IMG/VR virus record: IMGVR_UViG_3300006737_000030
Location: 3,087 to 67,086 of that record
Source: a virus
DNA: 64,000 bases
Reading direction: 5' to 3' (one strand)
Shown: one piece after another, positions 36,348-48,600 of the stretch
Numbering within the stretch: the first letter of the stretch is position 1
How the letters are laid out: every line of letters starts with the position of its first letter
The notes under the pieces: generated by a model
Seen by the model: only the letters and a program-made list of their open reading frames with translations
Told to the model about the DNA's origin: nothing
Database searches by the model: none
Program-made: the position numbers and the translations under genes

Positions 36348-38506
36348 AATGGTATCCTCCAACTAGATTGAAATGCTGGTATTGTTGATGTTGTTGAAAG
36401 TGTTGAAGCATCAACCCAATCCAATTGAGTACCAGTACTAGTTAAAACTTGTCCATTAGTACCTAATTGATTATCCTTATCCTGTATACCACCAGTAATT
36501 TTTACACCATCAGTGGTAGTTTTGATTTTCTCATTTCCAGCATGATTTAAAATACTCTCACCTGATAATTCAAAAATGGCATTGTGATCACCCACTGCAC
36601 CAATTCTGATTTTTGCTCCTGCTGTTCTGTATGCTGGATCTCTATTATGTTCTATATGGAAATCACTATCAGAACCACAGTAAATATATGAATAGGTATC
36701 TGTATTTCTAATCTGAATCTTCTTGTCAGAAGAACCTACTTCAAAATAACTACTATCTTCAGTATCATTACCTACTCTTAATAGAGGAGCACCATATGTA
36801 TTAGATCCTTCTCTTGTGTATGTTAAACCATCATCAGCATTTAAAGTATCAGCAGTTGCTGTTCCTAGGATTACTCTATCTGCTGCATTATTATTAATGG
36901 TTGTACTAGCACCAGGATCTCCTTGTAAACCTTGTGCACCTTCTAACTTACTGAAGAAAAATCTACTCTGTCTGTCATTATTCCAATCAATCTGCATACA
37001 AGTAGTAGCATCAGAAACCTCAAATTTAACTTTCTGTGTGGAAGTATCAGTAATATTAAAAACATATTCTACACTAACTTCATTGTAATGAGGATAGATC
37101 TGGGAGTCCATAATACTCCACTGTTTATTAACTTCAGTCCAACTTGTATTAGTTTCGGGAGTGTATGTAATTGTAGTTAAAACATTATCAGTTAATCTTT
37201 GAATCTTAATATAGTAAAGATGGCATACTGATGTTGCACCTTTAATAGCACCACCAGGAGCACTACCTCCAGATTGAGTATATCCAGTAAAGGTTAAACT
37301 TTCTAATTGACCACTAAATGCTGGTGTGTTATTAGAAGTTCCATCATACATTATAAGTTCTTGAGGTGAACCGTTTACTCCATATTGATATGTACCACCA
37401 TCTGTACGAGGCATGAGAGCAGGATTATTCTGCTGACCATTAAAACCTAACCAACCATCACCATCATATCCAACTACAACTTTAACTACGTCTGTTAATT
37501 GCCCCTGTGTTAAGTACAGATAACTGATGTCAGCATGACTAGTATGCATTACTGTATATGTGGCACTACTACCATCAAATACATTGTCAAGATTTCTTGA
37601 AACGTCATTGCTATTCCATACACTAGTCCAATCAGTCCTGTAATAAGATACAGTCTCACTATAACTAGGTGCTGTCTGGTTAGCAGTTCTAGGTTCTCCT
37701 TGGCATCCCAAATATGTGTTATAAGTTGAATTGGTATATGCAGTAAAATTTGATGTGTATGTTATATTAGTAGCAAATTTACCTGCTTCAGCACCACTTG
37801 CTCTACCATAGCAATGTACTGTTGACTTAACTCTCCAATGTCCAGTACTAGGGAATGTAAATATACCATTCTCCTCTGTCATTCCATTACCAGACTTGGC
37901 AAATCCTACCTGCGTTACCCTACCAAAATCACCCAATTCTGTATCACCACGACCAATAGTGTCATGCTTACTGCTATATCCAATACGTCCAGCACCAGGT
38001 TGTCCATTAGCAACAGCAGATGGTGTGGCCAACCACCACATATCATGTTCTAGAGTTCCACCAGTAAAACTACCACCAGACTGTTCTACCCATTCATAGT
38101 CAGTTCCACTCCAAGAAAGAACATAGTCAGCAGTTGGATTGGACTGATTTAGGTGGGAATCGACATCAGTATTACTATACCCTGCGTTATCTACCCAAGC
38201 ATAATCAGTTCCATTCCAAGAAAGAACATATCCACTAGTAGGATTAGATTGATTTAGGTGAGCATCAACATCATTAGTATCAAATGTACTACCAGTTGCA
38301 ATAGAAATAACTCCATCATTAGCAATTTGGATACCAGTACCACCACTCTTAACACCACCTAATACTGTTGGTGATGCTATGGGTAAACTATAAAAATTTG
38401 ATTGCCCAACAGCAACCCACGTACCATCAGTAAAGGTATAAGTAATGCCATTTACTGTAGTTTGTGTTCCTGCAGAAGGACTATTTGGAAAGGTTATTGC
38501 TGACAT
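36344..38506 (-). CDS. Modular tail fibre (720 aa)
   Basis: MSAITFPNSP N-terminus, YSLPIAS..VLGGVK fibre motif, duplicated 35-aa unit, GMT...G.FTFPSTG domain, short GxY collagen triplets, GTNGQVLTSTG..W motif. Confidence 0.72.
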   Translation of the reverse strand: MSAITFPNSPSAGTQTTVNGITYTFTDGTWVAVGQSNFYSLPIASPTVLGGVKSGGTGIQIANDGVISIATGSTFDTNDVDAHLNQSNPTSGYVLSWNGTDYAWVDNAGYSNTDVDSHLNQSNPTADYVLSWSGTDYEWVEQSGGSFTGGTLEHDMWWLATPSAVANGQPGAGRIGYSSKHDTIGRGDTELGDFGRVTQVGFAKSGNGMTEENGIFTFPSTGHWRVKSTVHCYGRASGAEAGKFATNITYTSNFTAYTNSTYNTYLGCQGEPRTANQTAPSYSETVSYYRTDWTSVWNSNDVSRNLDNVFDGSSATYTVMHTSHADISYLYLTQGQLTDVVKVVVGYDGDGWLGFNGQQNNPALMPRTDGGTYQYGVNGSPQELIMYDGTSNNTPAFSGQLESLTFTGYTQSGGSAPGGAIKGATSVCHLYYIKIQRLTDNVLTTITYTPETNTSWTEVNKQWSIMDSQIYPHYNEVSVEYVFNITDTSTQKVKFEVSDATTCMQIDWNNDRQSRFFFSKLEGAQGLQGDPGASTTINNNAADRVILGTATADTLNADDGLTYTREGSNTYGAPLLRVGNDTEDSSYFEVGSSDKKIQIRNTDTYSYIYCGSDSDFHIEHNRDPAYRTAGAKIRIGAVGDHNAIFELSGESILNHAGNEKIKTTTDGVKITGGIQDKDNQLGTNGQVLTSTGTQLDWVDASTLSTTSTIPAFQSSWRIPL
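38085..38280 (-). repeat. Tandem 105-nt coding duplication (DVD.HLNQSNPT..YVLSW.GTDY.WV x2)
   Basis: GATTTAGGTG recurs at 38146 and 38251; the flanks align. Confidence 0.8.
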
Positions 38507-38510
38507 GTTA

Positions 38511-41500
38511 TTACCCTATTTTTGTAAACGTCATTAAAGTATCACCTTTTGAACCATGACCGATAAAACCATTACATGTTGATTTAATTTTAAATCTGCA
38601 TCTTTGTTGTGTAAAATCACTTATACTAATAATACTTTGTAGATTTAGATTTTGCTGTGTAGAATGATAAGTTACTGGGTCGGCTGCAAGACACTTAAAT
38701 TTTCCTTCTCTTACATGATCCCAACTAGTTCCTGCATCATCACTATGTTCTATATAAGCATAAAAGAATCCCACCTCGTTACCATTACCACCTTCTTTAT
38801 AACCAGATGAACCAAATCTGACATCAAAATTTACTTGCCACACACCATTACTTGGGAATGTAAATGCACCAGCAGTCTCTGTCATACCTGCACCTTTCAC
38901 TGCAAATGGAGCAGGAGATCTAGCAATTGCAGTTTGTGTATGTGTTGTAACATCACCTATAATTACATCATTAAATTTTTGACTTCCTAATGAACCAACT
39001 CCACCATTACCTGGATATTGTGCACTTCCATAACCATCAGCACTATCATGAGTAAGGAGTTGATTACCTTCAAACCATTGATCTATTTCAGCAAATCCTA
39101 AACCACCACCAATAGCTTCCTGTTGATCCTCCCAGTCATCATCAGTATATGCAGGGTTTGTATTACCATCAGGTAAAAACTTTGATGGATATAAATCTTC
39201 TATTTGTGTTAATTCAGGATTTAATGATTTAATAAATGCCATCATATTATCTACAGATAGATCCTGTGCTTGAGACTTTGTTGGATCTCCACCTGCTTTA
39301 TTGTTATTATAATAATCTAATGCTGCTGTAACATCAGCACCAAGATCTGTTAATGCTTTAGGAAGTGCAGTTTTCTTTCTCTTCCTAAATTTCATCTTAC
39401 CTGCATCAATAGAGACTTTATGCTCATCTCCAACCCATAATGAATTATCTGACAGGAATAAGTGTCTTATCTTATATGATGCATTACCTAAATCATATGC
39501 TGCATTTGTTGTAGGAATAATATGACCAGTTAATTTTATTTCACCATCTACTTCTAATCTATTACTTGCACCATCATCTAGATATGTTTGTGCCAAATGA
39601 GGTGAAGCATCTACCCACTGTGTACTATCTCCATCATTATAATTAATCTTTAAACTTCCTTCATCGGTCTTCCACCACAAATCACCTGTAGCAGGTGTTG
39701 CTGGAGCAGTAAGACTCATACTTACATTAGCACCACTAGTAGGTGCATCAGTAAATTCAAGAGCATCTTCAGCAGCATTAACCTTTAAGAACTTACCATC
39801 TTGACCAGTAAAATCACTAGGTACATCTGATAATGTTAAGAAGTCAGAAGCACCTGCTGCTCCTGGATCTCCTGTATCACCCTTCATTCCTTTACGGAAC
39901 GTACTGTGATCTGGGTGTATCGGATATACTGTACATTGTCCAGTACCGTCAGATGGTATGAACATACCAATATTAAAATAATAATCACCAGTACCTGTTT
40001 TTCTTAAATATGCAGATGCAGTAGATAGAGGATCAGTAGGATCACAATTTGCTCCTACCTGCCCCGATTTCCACCCACCAATATCTCCTTGCTCCCAATT
40101 TTCATTATATGTCTTTACCCATATCTTATTACGTGGCATATCAATAACAAAGTGCCAATCATTGATATCTTCTCCTACAGTGTTATCATTAGGATCCCAC
40201 TCATATCCATTATTCGGCCAGTCCCAACTAGTTCCTGATACAGAATCTCCTCCATAGTACCTGTCAGTAGAACTAACCCTACTAAAACTAAACCAATGAT
40301 CAGTAGCAGTATTAGCACCGTTTATTTTATCTGATATCCTTTTACTGCCAGCATTGTAATTTGTTGGATCATTATTATCACATCTAGTAGTTTGTTTATC
40401 AGCAAAGTACCATCCATTATAATTGTCAGTACCATATGAGAATGTTTGAAGCATAAATTCATATACTTTATCATTGTCTAATTTTTCAAACTTGAGATCT
40501 ACATGTCTATTAACACCAGTATTAGCAAATTCTGCTTTGATTCCAGATATGGCTGGTTCGAAATTTGGTGAACCATAAGTTACTGCTGTATATGTAGCAC
40601 CACTAGTACTTTCTGATTGATCAAATACTGGTACTGATACCATACTTCCACCACCACCACCAGTTCCTGGAGGTGTTGCCCAAGTATTATCACCTCTCAA
40701 GAATGTTGTATTATCTTTTGTTCCTGTTGCATCAATTTCCCATACTGTACCTGAAGATGATACAGTTATGTCTCCTTTGTCTCCATCAGTAAGTGGAGCA
40801 CCTGCTAGAGGTGGATTAGCATCTACCCAATAAGAATCAGGAGTCTCATCTGTATAATAAATCTTAAGTCTACCTTCTAATGAAGACCACCACATATCAC
40901 CAGCAGTAGGACTAGCAGGTGCATTAGCACCAATAGATACAGTTGAACTGCCACCACCACCTGTTCCATTGTCAACAGCAGTAATTATTCCTTTAGCATT
41001 AACAGTAATATCTGCATTTGTATAAGAACCAGCAGTAACACCAGCAGCATTAGGTAAAGAGAATGTTGCTTTTTTATTAACACTATCCCAATCAATATTA
41101 AGATCACTAGTACCAACTAATTCTACAGATGGCACAGGATTACCATCATCTATAGATGGGTTTGATTTTAATATAACATGATTAGATGTACTTGTAGAAC
41201 CTTCCAAAGAATAATTGGAGAAATATCCCCAATCTGTTCCATCAAAGAATTCCCAAATATCACTTCCTTCATTGAATCTTACTATAGCATCTGCTAATGC
41301 AGAACGTTCAGCAATAATTGATGCATTTAATGATGGTTGTATTGGTGTGTAGATATCTACATTTCCAGAACCAGAACCAGTAAAATCTGCACTTAAAGTA
41401 AGTTGAGTACCACTATCTATTGATAATATAGTTGTTCCTGCTGGTGGATTTGTCAAGCTACCACTATTAGTGGTAATAACAGAAAATGATTGACCTTGAA

Positions 41501-42506
41501 TAATACCAGTAGTATCAGCCATTGTAACTATAGGAGAACCTCCTGTAGCAGTTACATTATTATACCTACCAATATCATTATTTAATGTAAGACTACTAGT
41601 ACCAACTGCAGCATTTTGTGATATGTTACTTTGAGAACCACTATATGATAAATTTCCTGTGATGGTAACATCTTGGAAAGTAACTGCTGTAATTGTTGTT
41701 GCACCTCTAGCAGTTACAGAACCTAAAGTATCTGATTCTGATTTTAAATATCCTTCAGATCCATGATCACCCCAACTATATGCACTGTTCCAATTAGTAA
41801 CATTTGTTTGTGTAATGTTTTTAATATAAGATGGAATAGTAGTATCAGTTGCCCAATCAAATGCATCTACATCAACATCTATAGCTCTCCAGTTACCACT
41901 TACAGTGTTATAAGCAAGAACTTGATCTGAATCAGGTGTAGTTGCAATATCAACATTATGAAGATGACTTAAACCAATGGGAGATCCACTTTTCTTAAAG
42001 TTACCTGTAACATCTATATCACCTGTAACATTTAAATCAGTACCATCAAAAGTTAATTTAGAACTATCTTCTAATGCACCAATAGTACCAACAATAGGTA
42101 TTCTACCTGCAGTTAAATCACTAACTGTAACAGATGCAAATACACATTCAGCACCTGTAATATTAGCACCAGTATTACCAATAACTGTTCCCTGACTGGT
42201 AAATGTAGTTGAATCTATACCACCATCTATAACAAGTTTATCGTTAGTACTATCCCACGTTAATTTGCTTGTATCTATTAATTCTCCACTTGCTCCAACG
42301 ATTACAACTCTTCCCTCTGTTAAATTACCAAGAGTAGCAGAAGTAGATGATATACCATCTTGAAATGTTGCTACTGTACTGAATGTTTTATATCCAGTAA
42401 ATGTATAAGTTCCCTCACGAGTCTGATTCAGATCATCAGCAATCTCATTGATTTCTTGCCTCTGATCTTCTAGACTAAAATCTTTAGCGACATTTCTTAA
42501 AGTCAT
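38511..42506 (-). CDS. Long modular tail fibre (1331 aa)
   Basis: MTLRNV N-terminus, LT.GR...VG..G.L.D repeats, GVTAGSYTNA.ITV.AKG.IT fibre repeat, two AP..P..GD.WW....G.LKI.Y.D...WVDA.P motifs, collagen triplets, C-terminal GMT...G.FTFPS.G domain. Confidence 0.75.
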   Translation of the reverse strand: MTLRNVAKDFSLEDQRQEINEIADDLNQTREGTYTFTGYKTFSTVATFQDGISSTSATLGNLTEGRVVIVGASGELIDTSKLTWDSTNDKLVIDGGIDSTTFTSQGTVIGNTGANITGAECVFASVTVSDLTAGRIPIVGTIGALEDSSKLTFDGTDLNVTGDIDVTGNFKKSGSPIGLSHLHNVDIATTPDSDQVLAYNTVSGNWRAIDVDVDAFDWATDTTIPSYIKNITQTNVTNWNSAYSWGDHGSEGYLKSESDTLGSVTARGATTITAVTFQDVTITGNLSYSGSQSNISQNAAVGTSSLTLNNDIGRYNNVTATGGSPIVTMADTTGIIQGQSFSVITTNSGSLTNPPAGTTILSIDSGTQLTLSADFTGSGSGNVDIYTPIQPSLNASIIAERSALADAIVRFNEGSDIWEFFDGTDWGYFSNYSLEGSTSTSNHVILKSNPSIDDGNPVPSVELVGTSDLNIDWDSVNKKATFSLPNAAGVTAGSYTNADITVNAKGIITAVDNGTGGGGSSTVSIGANAPASPTAGDMWWSSLEGRLKIYYTDETPDSYWVDANPPLAGAPLTDGDKGDITVSSSGTVWEIDATGTKDNTTFLRGDNTWATPPGTGGGGGSMVSVPVFDQSESTSGATYTAVTYGSPNFEPAISGIKAEFANTGVNRHVDLKFEKLDNDKVYEFMLQTFSYGTDNYNGWYFADKQTTRCDNNDPTNYNAGSKRISDKINGANTATDHWFSFSRVSSTDRYYGGDSVSGTSWDWPNNGYEWDPNDNTVGEDINDWHFVIDMPRNKIWVKTYNENWEQGDIGGWKSGQVGANCDPTDPLSTASAYLRKTGTGDYYFNIGMFIPSDGTGQCTVYPIHPDHSTFRKGMKGDTGDPGAAGASDFLTLSDVPSDFTGQDGKFLKVNAAEDALEFTDAPTSGANVSMSLTAPATPATGDLWWKTDEGSLKINYNDGDSTQWVDASPHLAQTYLDDGASNRLEVDGEIKLTGHIIPTTNAAYDLGNASYKIRHLFLSDNSLWVGDEHKVSIDAGKMKFRKRKKTALPKALTDLGADVTAALDYYNNNKAGGDPTKSQAQDLSVDNMMAFIKSLNPELTQIEDLYPSKFLPDGNTNPAYTDDDWEDQQEAIGGGLGFAEIDQWFEGNQLLTHDSADGYGSAQYPGNGGVGSLGSQKFNDVIIGDVTTHTQTAIARSPAPFAVKGAGMTETAGAFTFPSNGVWQVNFDVRFGSSGYKEGGNGNEVGFFYAYIEHSDDAGTSWDHVREGKFKCLAADPVTYHSTQQNLNLQSIISISDFTQQRCRFKIKSTCNGFIGHGSKGDTLMTFTKIG

Positions 42507-42691
42507 TTAACTAATTTCTTAAGGAGGGACTTGATCTCGGACATTTCTTCCTTCAAAGTATTTAGTTCTTTGATGGCATTCTGAAATTCACCCGAAAATG
42601 ATTTAGGTGCTTTTGGAGCAACATTGATTATTGCTCCAGTGTTAGTATCTCTAACAAAATTCTCATGACCTTTAACTTTAAGATACTCCAT
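42503..42691 (-). CDS. Small conserved protein (62 aa) following VrlC-like gene
   Basis: MEYLKVKGHENFVRD..TGAIIN plus coiled-coil C-terminus. ATG at 42691 lies just after the upstream stop. Confidence 0.75.
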   Translation of the reverse strand: MEYLKVKGHENFVRDTNTGAIINVAPKAPKSFSGEFQNAIKELNTLKEEMSEIKSLLKKLVK

Positions 42692-42692
42692 T

Positions 42693-45600
42693 CTAATAAG
42701 AGGCAACTGCCCTCATGTCCTGTATTTTAGGAACATAAGAAGGATCAGATGTCTTCATAACAATCTTAATAGCGAAAGAAGAAAAATCTTTTAAACTATC
42801 AGTAGTATATCTCAACTCTTGATAAGAAGATTGTTTTTCATACTGTCCAGAAATACTATTTTCAGATGTAGCAATAATGTCTTTATTATCTGGACCACCA
42901 TCAGCATTAAAATATTCCCAATCAATATCATTAAAATTCTCTTGTGATGCTAACAGTTTTGTCTTATAAAGAACCTTAACATCTTCAATATCTTTAACAT
43001 TAGCAGTTACATAAACATTAACTGCAGTTGCAGGAGTATCAATAAAGATCTCTTTAGTAACATATTTCGAAATACCTGAAGTGTTAAGAGAACCGTCTTC
43101 AGGAACATAATCAACACCATTATCATATGCCATTGATTTAACTTCTGCAAATTTTGAAGTGTCTAAAGTAGATCCTTCAAAATCAATAAGTTCTCCCTCA
43201 CGGAATATATCATTAATCTGATCACTTGTTGATGCTGTTCTAGCATAATCACTACCAGCAGTAATAGGACTTATGTAATTACTGTTAATAGGATTCTTAT
43301 CGTTCTCTATAGTTAAAGACTTGGTTTTGGAATCCCATATAATTACCTTACCACTTACCTTATTATCATATTTCTCACTTAAATTAGATGGGTTATATGC
43401 AGTAACAGTTGATCCTGTAACAAAATTAGGAACCTGTTCAAATATACCAGCAGTAGTAATTACGACAGTATCACTAGATAGATTTCCACCATCTGATTGA
43501 ACACTAAATGTTAGGGGTTCACCTACTTCAAACTGCAAAGAATTTTTAACTTTAACATAAACATCATTATTAACAACACGCAATACTTCAGAAGATGCTT
43601 TGGAATTTACACCAGAAACATTTTGACCAGTTGTTATATCTTGACTATTTCCACTAACTGTAAATTTATAAACTGGATATAATTTAATAATTTGATATCT
43701 CTTTCCATATCTATTTTCTGTACCAGTAGTATTCTCAACTCTATTAGATCCTAATTTAACAGAACTAGTTCTTAAATCAATCAAAGGAGATAAATGTGAT
43801 TTAGTTGATGAAAGATCAATCTTATAAACTAGTGAATTATCAATACCATTAACGGTTTCATTAATACTAGAAGCAACAACCTTTTGATTTAAGAAGAATT
43901 GCTCTTCATTCAAGAAAGTAGTTTCTTTTGGTGACTGTGAATAGGAACTATAATTTGTAGTTGAAGAATCAACAGGAACTACATTTGTTGTAGTTACATA
44001 ACTATCAATTTTTGTGTTAGATGTTTGTAAGTATGGAACCTGTGCATATAGTTTCTCATACTTTCTATTGTATGATGCTAGTACATTTGTACCACCACCA
44101 AAACCTGTAGTTGATGCTCTAGCAGGACCAACAACTGTATAAGTATCAATACCAGAGTTAGCAACTGTATAAAGAGTATTTTCTATATCACTAACTTCAT
44201 AACCAGCAAAACTTTCTATTCCTTTAAAGTAAACTTTAGAATTTCCATCCGTTTCAAATCCATTGTCACGATGATTTATCTTAACTATATTACTATTGTT
44301 CTTAAACAATGCAGATGTTGCAGTACTATTTGCTAAAGCATATGTTTCTGCAGGGTCTACTGCTAATTTTTCATAACCTAATTCTTCGTTGGTTAATAGT
44401 AATTCAGCAGTTCTACTAATATCAAATTCTGCTCTGTAAAGGGTAAATTTGATATCTTCAAATAAATCTTCTGTCCAATTATCAACGTTTTGTGACTTAA
44501 ATACTGAACCTAATAGTGGTTGTGTATTAACAACCAATCCAGAAGAAATATCTGTCTCACCAAGTCTAGATGACCATATCTCATACTCTGTTGTATCGCA
44601 TTCAATATTAAGAGCATAATCTGTATTATCTTGTAGATATACAGGATAATTAAAATTAAACCTTGTGGGAATAGTTGAGTTAACTGTGGTATCTGTATCA
44701 ACAGCAATACCCATTCTAACTGCTGGTTCATCTATAATAATTTCAGATTCAATAACTGCTCCTGTAGCAGCAGAACCTGATCCTCTAACAACAACTGCAG
44801 GTGCTTCTGTATATCCTCTACCAGATATAGCAACTTCTGCTAGATAAAGTTGTCCATTAGATACCTTAACAGATCCAGTAGCATTACTACCACCAGGTAA
44901 TTGTGGACTCTCAACTGTAATAGTTGCTCCTTCATAACCAGAACCTAATGTAGTAACATTTAGTGCTGATACCTTACCAGCATCTTTAGCAATCTTTAAA
45001 CCAATTGTTGCATTATTAGCATTATTATATTGTGTAACACTATTCAAAGTAAGATCTTCATTTTCTTGGAATGAAGTACCATTATGGTTACTCAATACAA
45101 ATGTATATACTTGCTCGTTAGTAATAGAGATCCTACCATCACTAGTAGGTAATATCTCAAACATATTTCTATCATATACCTTGGAAAGAGGTCCAATGGC
45201 AAGTGATCTACTACCAGTTATATTCTCTCCAACTGTTAATGTTATATTTCCAGAAGAATAAACTTTAAGGAATGTATCTGGATATAAAGTAACTTCAGAT
45301 CCAGGTAAGATATACTTTCCTGGTTTCTCACTATCTACATTACTCAAATAAACTCTTATAGGAATAGAAGTACTCTTCTTGGAGAAGAATAAGTCTACAC
45401 CAGTAGAGAACATACCACCTTCAAAGTTTTCTACTTTAAATGTCTGTGCAAGTGGATTAGGTCTAGAAATATTTTCAGTATTACTATCAATCAACTGAAC
45501 ACCTTCATTTGCTTTGAAGAATGCTGGTGCAGTAGAAATAATAGATGCAGGATTCTCTGGTAAAATACCAGTTGCATAGAACTTAACTTCAGCATAAGCA

Positions 45601-48600
45601 TCAACAGAATTCTTATCTGAATCTGTAGAACTAGAAGTGAATCTAATTGTCTTTATACCTGTTGAGAATCGTATTTCTTCTGAAGTATCATCATATTGAA
45701 CCTGATTAACATCTCCACTCCAAGTAGTATTTTCTTTAGGAGGATTACCTGCAGGAACTAAAAGAATACCACTAGCATTACCATACTCATCTGTGATGAT
45801 AGGTGTATTAAATGAAGTTAATGAATTACCAGCAACTCCAGTAAATCTAGAATCTGATAATACCCATCTACCAATATTTCTTTGCTCCATAAACACATAA
45901 ACTTGTGTCTTTGGTTTTAATCTCTTAAGAACAAATTTAACTGGAATAGATCTTGCGAAAAATCTTAAAGAATCTGCAACAGTAATATTGTTAACAGTTT
46001 TATATCCAACACCTTTTGCTATTTCATTATTTTGAGGACTAATATTAGAAGAACTCGATACAGAAGCATTGTTAACACTAGATGATACTGAATCGGAATT
46101 ACTTTCTGATAATGGATTTATATTATAGAAAGTTTTATTAACACCAACCCAATTCACTACAAACGAATTGTATATACTTGAGAAACTTTCTGTAGTATCC
46201 TTTTTAAGGAATATAGAGAATAATCCAGTATTATTATCAGTCAATAATGGTGCAACAGTACTATCATACCATTGATCAACATTAGGATTTAATGAAGCAT
46301 CACCAAGATATTGTATAACAACAAATGGGTTAGGATTAATAATTTTTGTAGCAAATGCATTATGAGCATAAACTATATCAGTGTATGGAAGAGTAACAAC
46401 ATCGTTATTATTAACATATCCAGCAATATCTCTTTGATAATCTCTACTATAAATTTCTGTTAATTTAAAACTATCTTCCTTTACCTGTGGTCGTAGAACA
46501 GATTGCTGTGAATCAACAGAACACTTATAATCTATGGAGTTAAGATTACCAGCACTATGTGACTCATAATTATCAACAACAAATCCACTCTTAACTCTAT
46601 CAATACCAAGAGCATCTTTAACTTGCATGTTTAATGCTTGTTGCTCTAGTATACTTAAAGTTGTGTAGTATTCTAATCTTTCAATTCTCTTCTCAAGTTT
46701 ACCAATATCCTTCATTGTATAACGCTTATTATCCACAGGGATAATTCTCACATCCTTACTTGATCTAGTAAAAGCAGGGATATACATGTAATACAATGCA
46801 ATACCATCCTCAATCATCTCTGGTTTAGATGGGTTTAATGAAGAATTACCTTTCTTGATTACAAAATTACCTTTGTTATTTAAAAATACACCATCAATCC
46901 TATCAAGATACTGTGACTCTGTAAAGGAAACAGTATATGGAAGTAACTTACTTGATGCTGGAGTACTAGAAACAGAACCACCAGGACCAGTAAAGTTGAT
47001 ATATTCAGTTTGAGATAATATAGAATTATCTTGGAAACCAGAAATGATAGCAGTGGAATCTACTTTAGGACGGAAATCAATAACATTTCTTAAATTAACA
47101 ATACCATGAACAGTAGAGTTGAAAGATGGAACATTATCAGCAATAACACCATCTTCATGAACATACGAATCAACTGTTGAGAAATCACCTTGAGTGTGTT
47201 CAAAGTAATCAAAAGCAACAACAACTTGACCAGTTGGTGCTTGGAATCCTGGTTTTAATACAAGTCTAGAAACATCATAGAATGTATCTCTTTGCCCATC
47301 ATCAAAAGTAAATCTATGTGTTATATCAGTACCTACAACTAAATTACCATTAACATCAACTGTAGGTGGTGCGGATGTAGATCCTTCATATATGTACTTA
47401 ACTTTATAAACATCAGAATAAGTATAAGATTCTGTGCTATCACTATCATAATCAATACCTCTCAAAGGTATTACTCGATCACCAGCAGCAGTAATAATAA
47501 TTCTCTTATTAGTTACAGAATTCTTTGTTTTTGGTTTTGCTTTACTTATCTCTAATGTTGCAGTTAATTTAAGTTTAGGGAAATTAGCAACATTGGTACC
47601 AAAATGATTCTCTGGGAAGGTTAAAGTTAAACTTCCTGATGATAAACCAGATGTTGGATCAGCAATATTCTTTGTCTCTACAAAATCTGGAGAGATGTAA
47701 ATAATATCTCCTGTTTCAACACTAGTTGAACTACCCTTATCATGAACAGTAATTAAGAAATCATTCTCATTAAATTCAGAGAATCTCTGTGTACCAAAAC
47801 CAAGATATGCAACGAAAGTTATATTACCTCCAGTAGAAGTACCAGAAACAACAAAATCTCTTCTAATATAGTACTTAATTTGTGTATCTTCTGAATTCTT
47901 AATTAAACTATCAATCTCTTTACTTCCTGTTGGGAATATTAATGTAGAACCAGTTCCACCAGAAACAGTTGGACGTAATCTTACTACTGATTCTGATAAA
48001 ACATCATCTGGCAATGCAACATTTATATTAATTCTTGATTTATTAGTACCTTGTGGAATAGTCGCACTTTCAACTACAAAACGATTAATACGACCAGTAC
48101 TATCATTAAATTGAATGATATCACCTTGTGTTACTGATTCAGCAGCATTAGCACTAAATCCATTACATTCGAGATATCTATATCCTTTAGTACCAGAGAA
48201 TGTATACTCTGTTACTGCTTTAGTTTCTGAATAATTAGCATCAATAGTTTCTATATCAGCACTAAATTTACCAGAATCTCCAAATGTTGAATATAATGAT
48301 TTAACACTTTGAGAACCATATGTAACTACAGTATCTCTAAACAAAACAGGTGTAATATTAGCACCAGAACCAGTACTAACAGAAACTGTTGGTGGAGTAG
48401 AATATTCTACAGAAACTGCGTCACGATTATTAATTTCTATTTTGTATAACTGACTTCCTGAAACACCAATAGAAATATCAAGTGATTCATAATCAATACC
48501 ATTAATAGAAACTTTATCAGTAGATGAATAACCACTTCCAACAGAATTAACAATCAAATGAGATAGAGTATTTTCTCTAGCAATTCTTAAAAGACCACCC

